In this document: one piece after another, positions 41,601-51,507 of the stretch
Layout: the number at the start of each line of letters is the position of its first letter
Position numbering within the stretch: the first letter of the stretch is position 1
Source of the DNA: Schmidtea polychroa
Taxonomy: Eukaryota
Direction of reading: 5' to 3'
DNA: 64,000 nt
NCBI GenBank assembly: GCA_044892525.1
Contig: CM097885.1
Coordinates: forward strand, 127,968,001 to 128,032,000
Position numbers and translations under genes: made by a program
Notes under the pieces: generated by a model
What the model was told of the DNA's origin: nothing
What the model saw: only the letters and a program-made list of their open reading frames with translations
Databases searched by the model: none

Positions 41601-42979
41601 TAAAAATTTTTTTAATCATGTATTTTTTATTATGTACTTATCGTTGTATATTACTTTGAAACGATTTATGCTATTGTATTTTATCATAGTTATGTAAACA
41701 TATTAATAAACTGAATCTTACTCCTGTCCAAGAATACCCTGGATATTTAATCCCACGTTCTAACAGGGTTGGTGAAGCGAAACGAACAGGGGCGGAGCCC
41801 CTAGTTTTATTAAAACTTTTAATTATATATTAATTAATAAATAATGTATAATAAATAAGTGTCATTATCTAATTGATAGGGTTGTTTTCGATTTTGAATA
41901 AAATCGGTTTTAGGAAAATATAATAAGCAAGGGTGGGAACAATATTTTCCGTTTCTGTTTCGAACATAAATAAGCGGCAATTTTATCGTTTCCAGTCATT
42001 GATCTAAATTGTTCATTATTTGTTTCGAATTAAGAATTAACCACAATTTCTAATAAATCTAAAAAATATTTAATAAATTTTCATTATGACTACAGATAAA
42101 ATTTCTGATACATATGAAAATAAAATTGATCTATAGTCGCAATGAAAATAAATTAAATGTGTAAAAACACCAAAAACATGGCAAGTGTGAACAAAAAAAA
42201 TCAAATTTTATTTATGATGACATTTCATAAAATTTTAAATTGTTTTAGATGATGAATTTTCAGTATCAATAAAACAACCATCAAATGCCAGATTAAATAA
42301 GTCTTTTGCGTTAATTTGTGTAGCAAATCTGGTTGGATATTATCCCATTGTTATGGTATGGATGACAGGGGTTAATGAACCGATCCAAGAAAACCAAATT
42401 TTCCAAATAACACAAATAAATAGCACAACAACTGAATTAAATATTCAATCATTGACGCAGTCTATGACGACAATAATTTGTCAAGCAACCTATGGTTCTC
42501 ATTTTGCGTCTGCGAAGTTTTCCTATAGCGTTTTGCGTTAGTAGTTTTAATATTGTCTTTATGAAAATGTTAGGTTTTATCATCAATTAGCTGAATGTCG
42601 GTCATGCTGGAATGAAATCAAGAAATTCTGTTCAATAATTTGCGGAATGTTCGATCCTCCTATCAATCAGCCATTGTATAAAAATTGCAAAATGACTTGT
42701 GTTTTAGAAACGGTCAATGTTACTGTTCAATGCGTTGAAAGTCATGGACAATTGTCATGGAAGCCTGTCGACATTTGTACATATGTGCCAATGATAACAG
42801 ATAATATGGCCTTTAAAGAAAACACTATAATAATTCCCAGTAATACTGAATCCTTGAAAGAAAAATATTTGGAATTTCCTGATTATTTAATCATTTATTT
42901 TATTCTTATGTTTTTATTTATTCTTGGTGTGGTCATGTGCTCAATGTATTCCGAATCATTGAGGTTATTGCTGAGATAA
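14269..42979 (+). CDS. Multi-exon gene: kringle / F-type lectin-like / Ig mosaic type I membrane protein (5' end missing)
   Basis: Twelve open exons with canonical splice sites and mutually compatible phases: 14269-14676, 18316-18669, 18729-18838, 22529-22664, 24718-25149, 27807-28061, 29943-30185, 32382-32651, 32700-33098, 37036-37320, 42249-42536, 42591-42979. About 1188 aa with no internal stop. Joining all exons into one transcript is inferred. Confidence 0.8.
14765..15068. mobile_element. MULE/Foldback-like MITE with TIRs built from 14-bp tandem repeats
   Basis: Left arm of (TGGTTCACGACAAN)n at 14765-14873 and inverted arm at 14987-15068. Flanks AATTTTTAG / AATCTTTAG look like a 9-bp TSD with one mismatch. 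Confidence 0.75.
16980..17560 (+). pseudogene. Possible very degenerate retrotransposon gag-like fragment
   Basis: Stop-ridden frame FDFLLFDEAATLRQNFE..TYKSTKE*..QDENELLLFIKK is only loosely capsid-like. Confidence 0.25.
18031..18232. mobile_element. piggyBac-type MITE
   Basis: TTAA flanks on both sides. 14-bp TIR CACTCTC(A/G)GTGCCA and subterminal hairpin TGTCAGTC..GACTGACA. Confidence 0.8.
18316..18669 (+). CDS. Exon: kringle 1 (divergent, long insertion)
   Basis: Phase 1-1, 354 nt. ECY..DYQG..KCSPW..NYCR..PVC..PCE..PKC (six Cys). Confidence 0.85.
18729..18838 (+). CDS. Exon: kringle 2, N-terminal half
   Basis: Follows a 59-bp intron; phase 1-0. TCMFNSKGEKYRGNVNITITGKFCIPW. Confidence 0.9.
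19278..20229 (+). mobile_element. Solo LTR (related to family A)
   Basis: Termini TGTTGAGG...AACCCAACA, 4-bp TSD ATTG, TATAAAA and AATAAA motifs, and the shared 3' motif ACACG..GGAGTCAGAG. Confidence 0.85.
20750..21730 (+). mobile_element. Degenerate 3' part of an RLE-type (R2/R4/NeSL/Utopia-like) non-LTR retrotransposon
   Basis: Broken frames give IEAYNIFCHSKFVFIL, VIYAPKEKGSLCI (GGLG-like motif), KCRNC..RTNKHNEVQ and KPNIV (PD-like nuclease motif). Confidence 0.55.
22529..22664 (+). CDS. Exon: kringle 2, C-terminal half
   Basis: Phase 0-1. NYCRNPNSDISGPWCFV..EFCNVPEC. Confidence 0.93.
24718..25149 (+). CDS. Exon: divergent FTP/discoidin-like domain 2
   Basis: Phase 1-1, 432 nt. NMAQ..AKLLWDG..T..IAVVIY..KIQTG..NSIC..DC..IVKIS..LDIAEINLF. 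Confidence 0.75.
26207..26336. other. Assembly gap
   Basis: Run of N inside an intron of the receptor gene. Confidence 1.
26678..27110. mobile_element. hAT (Buster/Charlie-like) MITE
   Basis: TIR CAGTGCT(T/A)CTCAAA and a perfect 8-bp TSD GTGTAGAT. Confidence 0.9.
27577..27776. repeat. Foldback-type palindromic element, copy 2
   Basis: 73-bp inverted arms at 27577-27649 and 27663-27735 (about 4 mismatches) with a 13-nt loop. Confidence 0.85.
27807..28061 (+). CDS. Exon: atypical kringle 3
   Basis: Phase 1-1, 255 nt. GCI..GKNYLC..RCSLWKMHHPH..NKYC..RTFY..QQCGFDVC. Confidence 0.75.
29943..30185 (+). CDS. Exon: canonical kringle 4
   Basis: Phase 1-1, 243 nt. IC..GIEYRGNHSVTRSGYPCDKW..NYCRNPTNDPNGPWCF..HCKVPEC. 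Confidence 0.95.
30266..30464. other. Assembly gap
   Basis: Run of N. Confidence 1.
30572..31790 (+). pseudogene. Degenerate pogo/Tigger (CENP-B-like, DDE_1) transposase
   Basis: FTIAFKKEVIEY, LEEILANEIIELR..ATANWISGFMAR, STGFASLRITVI, AWVNQELMILW, ISGDLTPYLQA, VDEAWSSL..ILNSISSAGF across several frames. Confidence 0.8.
31926..32098. repeat. AT-rich inverted repeat (MITE-like)
   Basis: 51-bp arms at 31926-31976 and 32048-32098 with one mismatch. No TSD seen. Confidence 0.7.
32201..32286. repeat. Foldback element, copy 3 (loop plus one arm only)
   Basis: About 92% complementary to the 27577-27650 arm. Confidence 0.8.
32382..32651 (+). CDS. Exon: first strand of FTP-like domain 3 plus kringle 5
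   Basis: Phase 1-1, 270 nt. NIAPFGVVSMSST, then FC..GKDYKG..YCKIW..HNYCRN..RPWCF..AYCDIPLC. Confidence 0.92.
32700..33098 (+). CDS. Exon: remainder of FTP-like domain 3
   Basis: Follows a 48-bp intron; phase 1-1, 399 nt open. PSRSID..ESCAVS..TWKWLIG..IVGVRIY..VIC..YPC..LAICQIEIY. Confidence 0.85.
33275..33390. repeat. Dispersed repeat of about 115 bp (second copy at 40647-40762)
   Basis: Shared core ACTTTTATTATACATTTTTGT..ATACAATTCGTAATACAAAATTTATTCA..GCGCTTTGAAGATAAAAAAAT. Confidence 0.75.
34432..34663. mobile_element. piggyBac MITE
   Basis: TTAA flanks and a 12-bp TIR CCCTTTCAATAC. Confidence 0.88.
35612..35956. mobile_element. piggyBac MITE
   Basis: TTAA flanks and TIR CCCTTTCCT. Confidence 0.8.
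36190..36560 (+). pseudogene. hAT (ZMYM1-like) transposase fragment
   Basis: YDGCSAITRKINGVQKLIQKQY..FFHCALHRLNFFV matches the hAT YDGA..NGVQ..HC..H.LNL pattern. Confidence 0.8.
36648..36813. mobile_element. hAT MITE
   Basis: TIRs CAGTGATTCTCAACC / GGTTGAGAACCAGTG and a perfect 8-bp TSD CTCTAATC. Confidence 0.88.
37036..37320 (+). CDS. Exon: kringle 6
   Basis: Phase 1-1, 285 nt. DCF..GIDFMG..ISGKICTKW..HNYCRNP..SPYCF..EPCDISLC. Confidence 0.92.
38511..38569. repeat. 59-bp palindrome
   Basis: Perfect 29-bp arms around a single T at 38540. Confidence 0.9.
38700..39160 (-). pseudogene. MULE (FLYWCH-type) transposase fragment
   Basis: RRKNGIITWRCKQ..HGH (FLYWCH-like) and MFGDRTFDKVRNIFHQLQTCH (DGTF..QLYTIH-like). 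Confidence 0.6.
39391..39513. mobile_element. hAT MITE (123 bp)
   Basis: TIR TAG(A/G)GTTGCCACA and a perfect 8-bp TSD TCCATCAC. Confidence 0.9.
40230..40350 (-). pseudogene. mariner transposase HTH fragment
   Basis: RTVHKQFKRFISGDYSL*NQKHSRRPSTCNED resembles the mariner F.RF..GD.SL.D..RSGRP motif. Confidence 0.45.
41478..41804 (+). mobile_element. Non-autonomous Helitron
   Basis: A|TCTCTCTATATAAAAAAAGCT start; 3' hairpin AGGGGC-GGA-GCCCCT running into CTAG|T. Confidence 0.72.
42249..42536 (+). CDS. Exon: Ig-like domain
   Basis: Phase 1-1, 288 nt. FALICVA..MVWMT..TELNIQSL..IICQATY (C-W-C pattern of an Ig fold). Confidence 0.85.
42591..42979 (+). CDS. Terminal exon: 8-Cys module, transmembrane helix, short tail, stop
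   Basis: Follows a 54-bp intron. ECRSCW..FC..IC..NCKMTC..QC..W..IC, then YLIIYFILMFLFILGVVMCSMY and SESLRLLLR*. Confidence 0.85.
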
Positions 42980-43211
42980 ATTGAAATCGTTTTTTCAAGA
43001 GTTTTAGAATTTATTTTCTCATCAACGAATAATTTACAATTTACACCAAAGCGTATAAATTGTGTCTAAATAATACATGGATATAGTCAGATGATAAATT
43101 AATAGTAATATGTTTTATTAAATTTACATTTTTAAAAGTTTTTTAAAATGGTTTTAATTTTTTTATGTTAATAATAATAAAATTTGGTATTTATTATGAA
43201 TTTCAGGTCAT

Positions 43212-44440
43212 TTATAATATATTTTTGAAAATGGTAAGATTTATTAATTTGTTCTTTAAATACAATTTTGTGTCAGTGAACATTCTGGAAAACAAAAGAA
43301 ACTCATCAGCAAATGTCTCTTCTAGATCTGATGAATGTATCTTAATTAATTCGTTTGCTTTAGAAACTATTTCATTACTTGACAAAGATCTGTCAAGAAG
43401 AAAACTGAACCTGTAATGTATTCCTGCGTAAGCTGCTCGCCGTTTTTCCATCTCAATGATAAGTCTGACCATGATCACATAGAAGGACTGTATACGGAAA
43501 TTGTCACTAGCACTCAGATTTAAACTTATATCAATATGATTCCCATCCATCACGACGTCGTGAAATCTTGTTCGCACATGTTTGCGCTTTGTACATTATT
43601 TATAATTTGATTTTGTATGATCTTTTCCCATACTTTCAAAGCTTCGAATTTATTACGTGTTTGATTTCATCTTTCCAAATCACACACATTAGTGCAGTTT
43701 CATTGGTCTAAATTTTTTATTAACGATTTTGCTTCAGACAGCTGCTGGTGGTTGGCGTTCACTTTCAGCAATATCAAACTATGCTAGGCGAATCTCCAAA
43801 TAGTTTGCACAAAAGCTTTTGTAGAATTACTGCACGCTAACCATCTTGTTTCTGACAGACCTTTTAGAACAGAAGCGTTTGTTTTATCCTTAATTCGCTC
43901 TTTAAATTTTGACCATCTCTGTGTTGAGGCCGAAAAGAATGTATACACTGACTGAACAATACCAAAGTAGTTAACTTCTGCCAAACAATACTCCACCGCA
44001 GATGAACCAACCAAATTTAAGCTGTGAGCACTTTCTAAATTCTGTGAAGGGATATTTTCTGAATAATAGCCTATAACATGTGCATTTTCTTCCCAATCAA
44101 CTGGATCACTGACTCTGCATTTATTACTTTGATTCATCTTTAAATCTTCACTGCTTACTAGTCCTGGATCTGGATCATCAAATTGAATCTATATATCTTT
44201 AGGCTGGTTAATCTGTTCTGGGTGTACATAAGTAACATCTGTTTTACTTTGTTTGACACTTTCGTTAGCAATATTTCTGGTATCGAGACATTGGTCGTGA
44301 CAGTTGTGTCATTGTTGGGCTTATCATCCTTATTTATATATTTCAGTATAGAGCCCTTCATCTTTTTAATGCTTCTTCTTTCTCTTGCTTTTACTTTCGT
44401 TTTACAGATCCAGACTCGGGTTTTCGTTGGTATTCATCAG
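43212..44440 (-). pseudogene. Internally deleted hAT (ZMYM1-like) transposase
   Basis: SAHSLNLVG..YFGIVQSVYTFFSASTQRW..LKGLSETRW and FRIQSFYVI..EMEKR..RFSFL. The basic N-terminus (KMKGSILKY) lies close to the catalytic block. Confidence 0.82.
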
Positions 44441-44869
44441 ACATGATTTCACAAATTAAAATTATTTGTAATTGCCAATACTAATTCAATTTTGATCGAT
44501 TTGAGGCTTACTACAAATGCAGATATGCAAAAGTACCTAGGGCCTACGAAGAATATCTGCAGTTTCTGTAATGGATTGGATTGCTAAATCATGAGGCGTG
44601 TATTGGAAATCGGTAATGATTTCTTACATCTCATTACCAGACATTTACCTGTTTTGACAAATATAATAGGATATTTACCGCTTCTATCCACAATTTGTCG
44701 AGGCTTTCTTCTTAAAAACCTTAGATAAAACACATTAAATATACCTTAATAATTTATATTCGATAACATATTCATAAAATCCTCATCTTGATATATGCAA
44801 GTTCAATAAATATATACAAAAAGAATCAAATTAAGAAACGAATCAGCTTACCAAATTGTTGGTCTAAGT

Positions 44870-45450
44870 AAGAGGTGGAAACCTCCGTTTATATGTATTC
44901 TGTTAGAACCTGGGTTGTTTGAATCAGTTTTACAATATTTATTGGCGCAGAGATGCTGAAGATTGACATAATATAACTCAAGATCAGTTCTGTACGATTA
45001 AAACGACTTTAATAAAAGGATTTGATAAAAATAGTCGTCTAAATTACGACAGAGATATATGATTATTATCGATTATTTTTTACCAGAATGATGATAAAGA
45101 AAAGAACTTTAATAATATATTTTTAAAAAATAGGTAGCCAAAAATGGTGTTACGGTTATTTTTATAACTCAAAACTTGTTTCATCATGATGCGACTTATA
45201 GAATACGTAATATGAATGTTTAATATATAAGTATTTTCAAAGTCTAATGATTATTTAGCACATATTGATTTTCTAGCCCGACAAGTATATCCCAATAATC
45301 GCAAACTTTTAATTGAATTATTTCCAGATGCAACACAAATCTCTCATGAATATATTTTTATTGATTTCACTCAACAATGTCTTGATGACTTTAGGGTTAG
45401 AACTGTTATTTTCAACAAAAAAGGATCCATAGTTTATAAAAAAAGTTGAA
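44870..45450 (+). pseudogene. Polinton/Maverick packaging ATPase remnant
   Basis: RWKPPFICILLEPG (eroded Walker A), MIIID (Walker B), VTVIFITQNLF, IDFLARQVYP..DATQ..YIFIDFTQ..DDFRVRTVIF. Confidence 0.72.
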
Positions 45451-47559
45451 ACAAAATATTTTAGCAATCATGTTACTTAAATCTGGTGCGAAACATCCAA
45501 AATTATCCAAAACATCGAAAAGTTAAATTTGGGCATCTTTCAAAATTGTTCAAATTTCGTTGTGATAGAGCTTAAAGTACTTCCCACTAAACATAGAATA
45601 ATGTCGAAAGTCTTCAAAATTTATATTAATTAAACTTAATCCTTTAATATTTATAAGAACTTTTTTTTCCAATTTCACCACTCATTTCTTTTCCATTGTA
45701 TTTATTAAAATGCTTGAATATATATATATATATATATCGATGTTTTTGATATATTTACTGATTCATAGTCTTCAAGCTTTTTAATACATTTTTAATCCTT
45801 TAATCTTTTAATAAACTTAATTAAAAGAAATTCTTTTCTTTTAATTTCAATCAGTTTTCTTTTAGCTTTTATCACAAAAATATTTCGTAAGACCACTTTT
45901 GAACCAGGTTTTAGGGATTATCGTTGCTCCTGGAAAATTTAACTCAAATTTTGAAATCCCTTTCCAAGCTACTAAATCACATGAAAGTGGATGGATTCAA
46001 ATTAATGAAATTCTCAACAAAATAGTTAAGAATTTAAATTAAAATTATTCATATTATTTATAAAATAAATGTCAGTTAAGTATAAAGAGAAAATTGAATT
46101 TAGACACTATATAAGCAACTCATTAAAAATATGTCATAAATTGTGAATTACGACTGGTAACTTCATTAAATAAAAAGTACAATTTCCGATAACAAACTTA
46201 TTTTTTGTATGATTTTAAATTTTCAAAAAATTACTTTTAAATTAATTAATTTTTTATATTTAAAATTAATTATTAGTTCTATTGATATTATTGATTTTCA
46301 ACATTATTATTATTTGAATAGTTAATTATTTTGATCACCCATAGTTATTAATTTGATCTTGAAAATTATTTCTAGTTTAAAATTAACAAAACCCCTGTAG
46401 TTTCTTTAGATATTATTTTTATAAATAGTATCGATTTTCTTACAGTCAAATAATTTTATTTCTAAAAAAATATTAAATCTAAAAATTGATAATAAATAAT
46501 ATTGCAAAATTGTATTAATAATATTTTATTCTTATGAAAAATTATTATTAGTGTTCTTTTAAGTTGAGAATAATGCTCTATAATAAAATAATTATCTAAC
46601 CAGGTCATTACGCTCTCGATGAATAAGTATGAATAAAATGTCGAAGTCCCTACAAAGAAAGGAATTTTATTTTAGTCAAATAATTCGTTAAAAGTCATTT
46701 TCATTTTTTAAAATGTTTTGTTGGAGTTAGAAAAATAATACAAAAATAATTTAAATGTAAAAAAATATGGGCGCTTCAAAATTTTCTGAAAATCAATATT
46801 TAACTGGAATGGGTTATAAGCAGGGTTGAGGAGCTTGAGTAATATTGACTTAGGCCCAGCTCCGACTCCGGAGCTAATTTTTCAAATGAAAGCTGTGGCT
46901 CCGGGTCCGGCTCCTTTAATACATATTCAATTTTGGGCTTTTTATTTATTTCCTGAAAAAATATTAACCAAAATACTCAATCCTAGAACTTAAATTTATA
47001 AAAATTAAGTATTTTAAATTTATTTAAATCAAGTAATTCATAGTATTTTTACACATAGTATTAAATAACTTATTAATAAAAATTATTGAGATAACATGAT
47101 AGATAATAACAATATAAAATCAAAATTCAAAATGAATTCGTTCTTAAGAACAATATAGCTTCAGTTAAGTCATCCTTCATTGATGCTCGAAGGTCCGAAC
47201 GTATAGAGGCGTAACTAGGGTATGACAGGCTAGATACGTGCCTTGGGCGCCAACTGAAGGGGGCGCGACAAAGCGCTTAACGTATAAATACGCAAATGAA
47301 AATAAAAAAAATGTTTTAATAGATATAAATATGTGTATTAAAAAATTGCGTAAGAAAAAGCACGTGTTCGTTTTTCGTTTGTTTGTCCATGTTCTCCATG
47401 CCTCAAGCTCTCTTTCTCTCTACAAATATGATTTTGTATTTGAAAAAAAGAAATGCAGAATAGTAGCGTGTGTTGTGTTTTGTGCTAAAGCCGTTCCGGA
47501 TTACGGGGAATCCCCGTCGCACAGCACGTGTATCGGTATTCTAACGTAGGTACGATAAA

Positions 47560-47975
47560 CGAGAATCTTGAGAGATAGATTAAATAAAAAGTTCGTGCAT
47601 CAAGGTAATAAAAAATAGGTAAATGTTTTACCAAAAATAATAACCAGTTATAATCATTCATCATATCGAGGATTGAATGGATATAGACCGGTTGATATCA
47701 CATCAAAAACATCATTGAGTTCTATAAAATCTGAAAAAATTACAAAACCAAAATATAAAGTCGGTGACAATGTTATAATTAGTAAAATTAGTGCATCACC
47801 ATTTACTAAAGATTTTGATACAAACTGGAGTGATGAAGTCTTTGTAATTTAGAAAATAAATACTAAACAGAATCCTGTAATGTATGTCATCAAAGACAAT
47901 GATCAAAATATTGAACATGGGAAATTTTATGAGCAGGAATTACAAGTCATTCCTCCCCTAAAAGTATTTCGAATA
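47560..47975 (+). pseudogene. Polinton/Maverick integrase C-terminal remnant
   Basis: VLPKIITSYNHS.YR..RPVDI..PKYKVGDNVIISK..F.K..TNWSDEVFVI..PVMY..GKFYEQELQ, with in-frame stops. Confidence 0.78.
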
Positions 47976-49051
47976 CAATATATATATATATATCCTAATA
48001 AACATTGATAAAATATGAAAACCGTATCTTTTGATTTGACAATGTATTTTTTATTATTGTTTTTATTATAATCTAAAATATTAAAAAAATAACATTATTA
48101 TGTTTTTAGTTTTATTTTTATGAGATATTCAGTTTGAGTTTTACTTCGGGTTAAGGAATGTATTGGTGAAGATATGAACATCTATCCAATGTGGATACAT
48201 TTCTCTTGTTTTCTTTTATGTCAAATATGTACAACATATTGACTAACATTAATGTTATGTTGAAAATATTTTATATGAAAAAAAATGAAATTAGATTCGG
48301 CTATAATTATTAAAGCGTGATAAAAATCGTTTGATGCCAAAATAACAAAAAAAAACTTTTAAAATATAAATATTATTCAACATAAATTCAGAATTTGGTT
48401 TATTAAAAAGTGATTTATAGAGATTTCTTGATTTTGATTTGTTTAAAGATTCTCCAATAAACGAATTTTGTAAGAGCATCGTACTTTGAAATTTTAATAT
48501 TTTCACTTTGAAAAGAATATCAAATGCATTTTCAAGGAAACCAAATTCCGAATTTTATTCATCAAAATTAAAGAAAAGGTAGGATTATATTATTTTCTTT
48601 AATTAATGACATTAGTTATGAAATTGAGGTAAAAATGAAATATATTGTTTATCTACATTTCTTTTAAGCTATGGATCAACGTTTTATTTTTTTCGCAACA
48701 TCAATTTGTTTTCAAAGGTCTGAGAAAGCCTTTGTCGAAATTTCATGTTGAATAGGAAACAAAACATTATATAATATGAATTGAATAAAAATTCAAATAT
48801 TAAATAAATTAGATCAAAGGTAAAGAAGTTAAGAGACATTAATGATAAAAAAAAATAGTAAATTTTTTTTATTAATTTGGCTCAAATTATAATTTAACAA
48901 TTCATTGTCCGAATGTAAATTGATTATAAATAATTGAATTGTCTAAAAGTTTATTAATCCGCTTTTTTATACAGAAATCAAATCAATATGAGATGTAATT
49001 GGTTTTAGAAAAAGACAAAATTATGTAAAATTTTCTCTTATAAAGATTAAT

Positions 49052-49255
49052 NNNNNNNNNNNNNNNNNNNNNNNNNNNNNNNNNNNNNNNNNNNNNNNNN
49101 NNNNNNNNNNNNNNNNNNNNNNNNNNNNNNNNNNNNNNNNNNNNNNNNNNNNNNNNNNNNNNNNNNNNNNNNNNNNNNNNNNNNNNNNNNNNNNNNNNNN
49201 NNNNNNNNNNNNNNNNNNNNNNNNNNNNNNNNNNNNNNNNNNNNNNNNNNNNNNN
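49052..49255. other. Assembly gap
   Basis: Run of N. Confidence 1.
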
Positions 49256-49511
49256 ACGAAATATTATTCAAGGTCATCCTCATTATCAGTCCGTCATCAT
49301 AATATATACGGAAAAATAATGATGGAATAGTTATGATTTAATGAGTTAATAAAATAATCTCAGTAAATGTTAATTGTGGGGAATTGTGATTTAATAACCA
49401 ATGTCTAACATAAATTTATTTCCCACTTATTATTAACGTTTTTATATAAAATTTTGAAAGATTTTAAGTCAGTGACACCTTGATTAATTTTTAAATAAAT
49501 GACTTTTTACT

Positions 49512-49620
49512 ATATGACTCCGCCTTTCAATCGGCTGTGTTCCTGAATTTGTGTACGGTGACGTAAAGTCTCTCCAATGCATGTTGTATTGCACTCATTA
49601 CATGAAAACGTATATACTAG
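49512..49620 (-). pseudogene. Penelope GIY-YIG endonuclease fragment
   Basis: LVYTFSCNECNTTCIGETLRHRTQIQEH. Confidence 0.7.
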
Positions 49621-49621
49621 A

Positions 49622-49884
49622 TCAAACAATAAACCTATTGGGGTTTGTTCCTTTAGAAGCGTTCAATTCTTTACCTACATAAATATTTAGATCATAATCA
49701 TATCCTGTTTATGAATCGGACCGAACCCATATTTTATGATACGTTTTATAGACTTCAGTAGTAAGTTCTTTTTCAGGGAAGATCTACTTTTGAATTTCAT
49801 CATGGATTCGTCAATACTTTCGAAAGTAGAGTCAGTGAAATAAGTCATGATCGTTATCGCTCTAGTCATCTTACATAATTCCAT
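49622..49884 (-). pseudogene. piggyBac transposase fragment
   Basis: SIDESMMKFKSRSSLKK..KSIKR, then GYDYDLNIYVGKE in a shifted frame. Confidence 0.75.
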
Positions 49885-51507
49885 TAGCTTCTTAGTAACA
49901 AATTTTATGTAAACACGATATATGAAAACACGTTCAATGCTTATAACTAACTTTATGGAGCAGATTTAACACAGTTATTGCAATTATACAGTTGTAAATA
50001 CTTCAAATTGATCAAAATTCAAAGAACGTGTTAACTGGACGGACTCCAGCTATTTGTAAACAAATACATGCATAGTGTGCAAAAAAAGACTGGTATATTT
50101 GTGTTTAGTTGAAAATTTGGATCTATTTGTACCATGACACGCACATAATACATGGATGGGACATATATGTTTCGACAAACCCCAAAGGGTAAATAATAAG
50201 TGAGAAATAATTTTATCTGAGACATTGTTTATCAAACCACAATCCCCACAATTAACATTCAATCAGAAACGAATTTATTAGGATTATTTAATTAACTCAT
50301 TAAATCATAACCATTACATCATTATTGTTTCCGTAAATAACTGTTAACATAGATTATGATGGTAAACTGATAATGAGGATATCCTTCAAATATATTTCGT
50401 TTCTTTGGCATTTTCGAGATTTTATCAAAAATGGATTATCATGCCCTCATTTCAAAAGGTTTTCAAGACAAATAAAAATTAAATGGATAAAATATCAAGA
50501 ATTTTGTCTGTCGACAAAGATTTCTTGAATTATTATATGATCTTTATATTTCAATATTGTTAATAATTTAAAATAAACTGTAATTTATAATACATCATGC
50601 CAACAAATTATATTTACATTTTATTTATTTTTTCTTTCCATTTTATTTAATTAATTTTATTTATCATTTTCAAAATTATATAATATTTTATTACATATTA
50701 AAAATGACATAAAAGGATTTATTGTTTAAGTGAGAAGCATTATTTTATTTTTCAGGAAAGTAAAGTAGCACGCAAAAGAAAGATATAACAATAAAAAGGT
50801 TTCATTATTATATTATTTCATTTATAAATATGATATGTTGTTTAAAAATGGTTATTTTGTATTTATTTTCAACTGAATTTGGGATTTATAATAAAAGTTT
50901 TCAGCATAATTATAAATTATCCCTAAATATTTTAACAACTCTCAAACATATATTGCAACCTATATAATTTTTGTGGTCCAAGTTTTACTTTGCTATTAGT
51001 AATTTTTCAACATATGTATCCGTATTTATTATGTTAAATATTGGATGTAAATGGTTAAAATTTGAGTTATTATTTTTTTAAAAGAGTAAAATTAATATAT
51101 AATATTCTTTCAATAATATGCATTTAAATAAAATCGACATTTGATGAAATTAATCAAAAAGATTCAATACCAATTTGCTTTAAATTTTTTTTAGAACTCG
51201 ACCAAATGTATAGCGGAGCCTTGGAGTATTTAAATTATTATTTTGATCAAAACACTACAAGATCAAGTAAAGGGTTATGAAAATATAACAATTGACACAG
51301 ACCTACGATTTGCGTAAAAAATATTGATATCCTCGAAACTAATATTTTATTACTAGATGGTCTTTTTGAATTATTTATATACATCATACACTTTGCACTA
51401 AACACAAAATATGAAATGAGGCTTACATTTTACACAGACCGAAGTGTACATTTACTTGTGACCACTTTTATCTATTTGTTGAGTTTTCTATTAAATACAT
51501 ATATTAA

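Larger units (their letters stand above)
49256..50400. mobile_element. Element bounded by long (about 180-210 bp) imperfect inverted repeats
   Basis: 49256-49437 is the reverse complement of about 50189-50400 at roughly 80% identity. The left flank is in the gap, so the TSD cannot be tested. Confidence 0.65.

Noticed and set aside
44183-44446. Hydrophobic + strand ORF
   Set aside because: It is the antisense of the charged hAT transposase N-terminus.
47205-47549. GC-rich stretch with a hairpin (ACGGGGAATCCCCGT) and a 103-aa ORF as an ncRNA or gene
   Set aside because: It begins like a hAT left end (TAGAGGCGTAACTAGGG..GCCTTGGGCGCC). No tRNA or snRNA structure, matching right end or protein motif was found.
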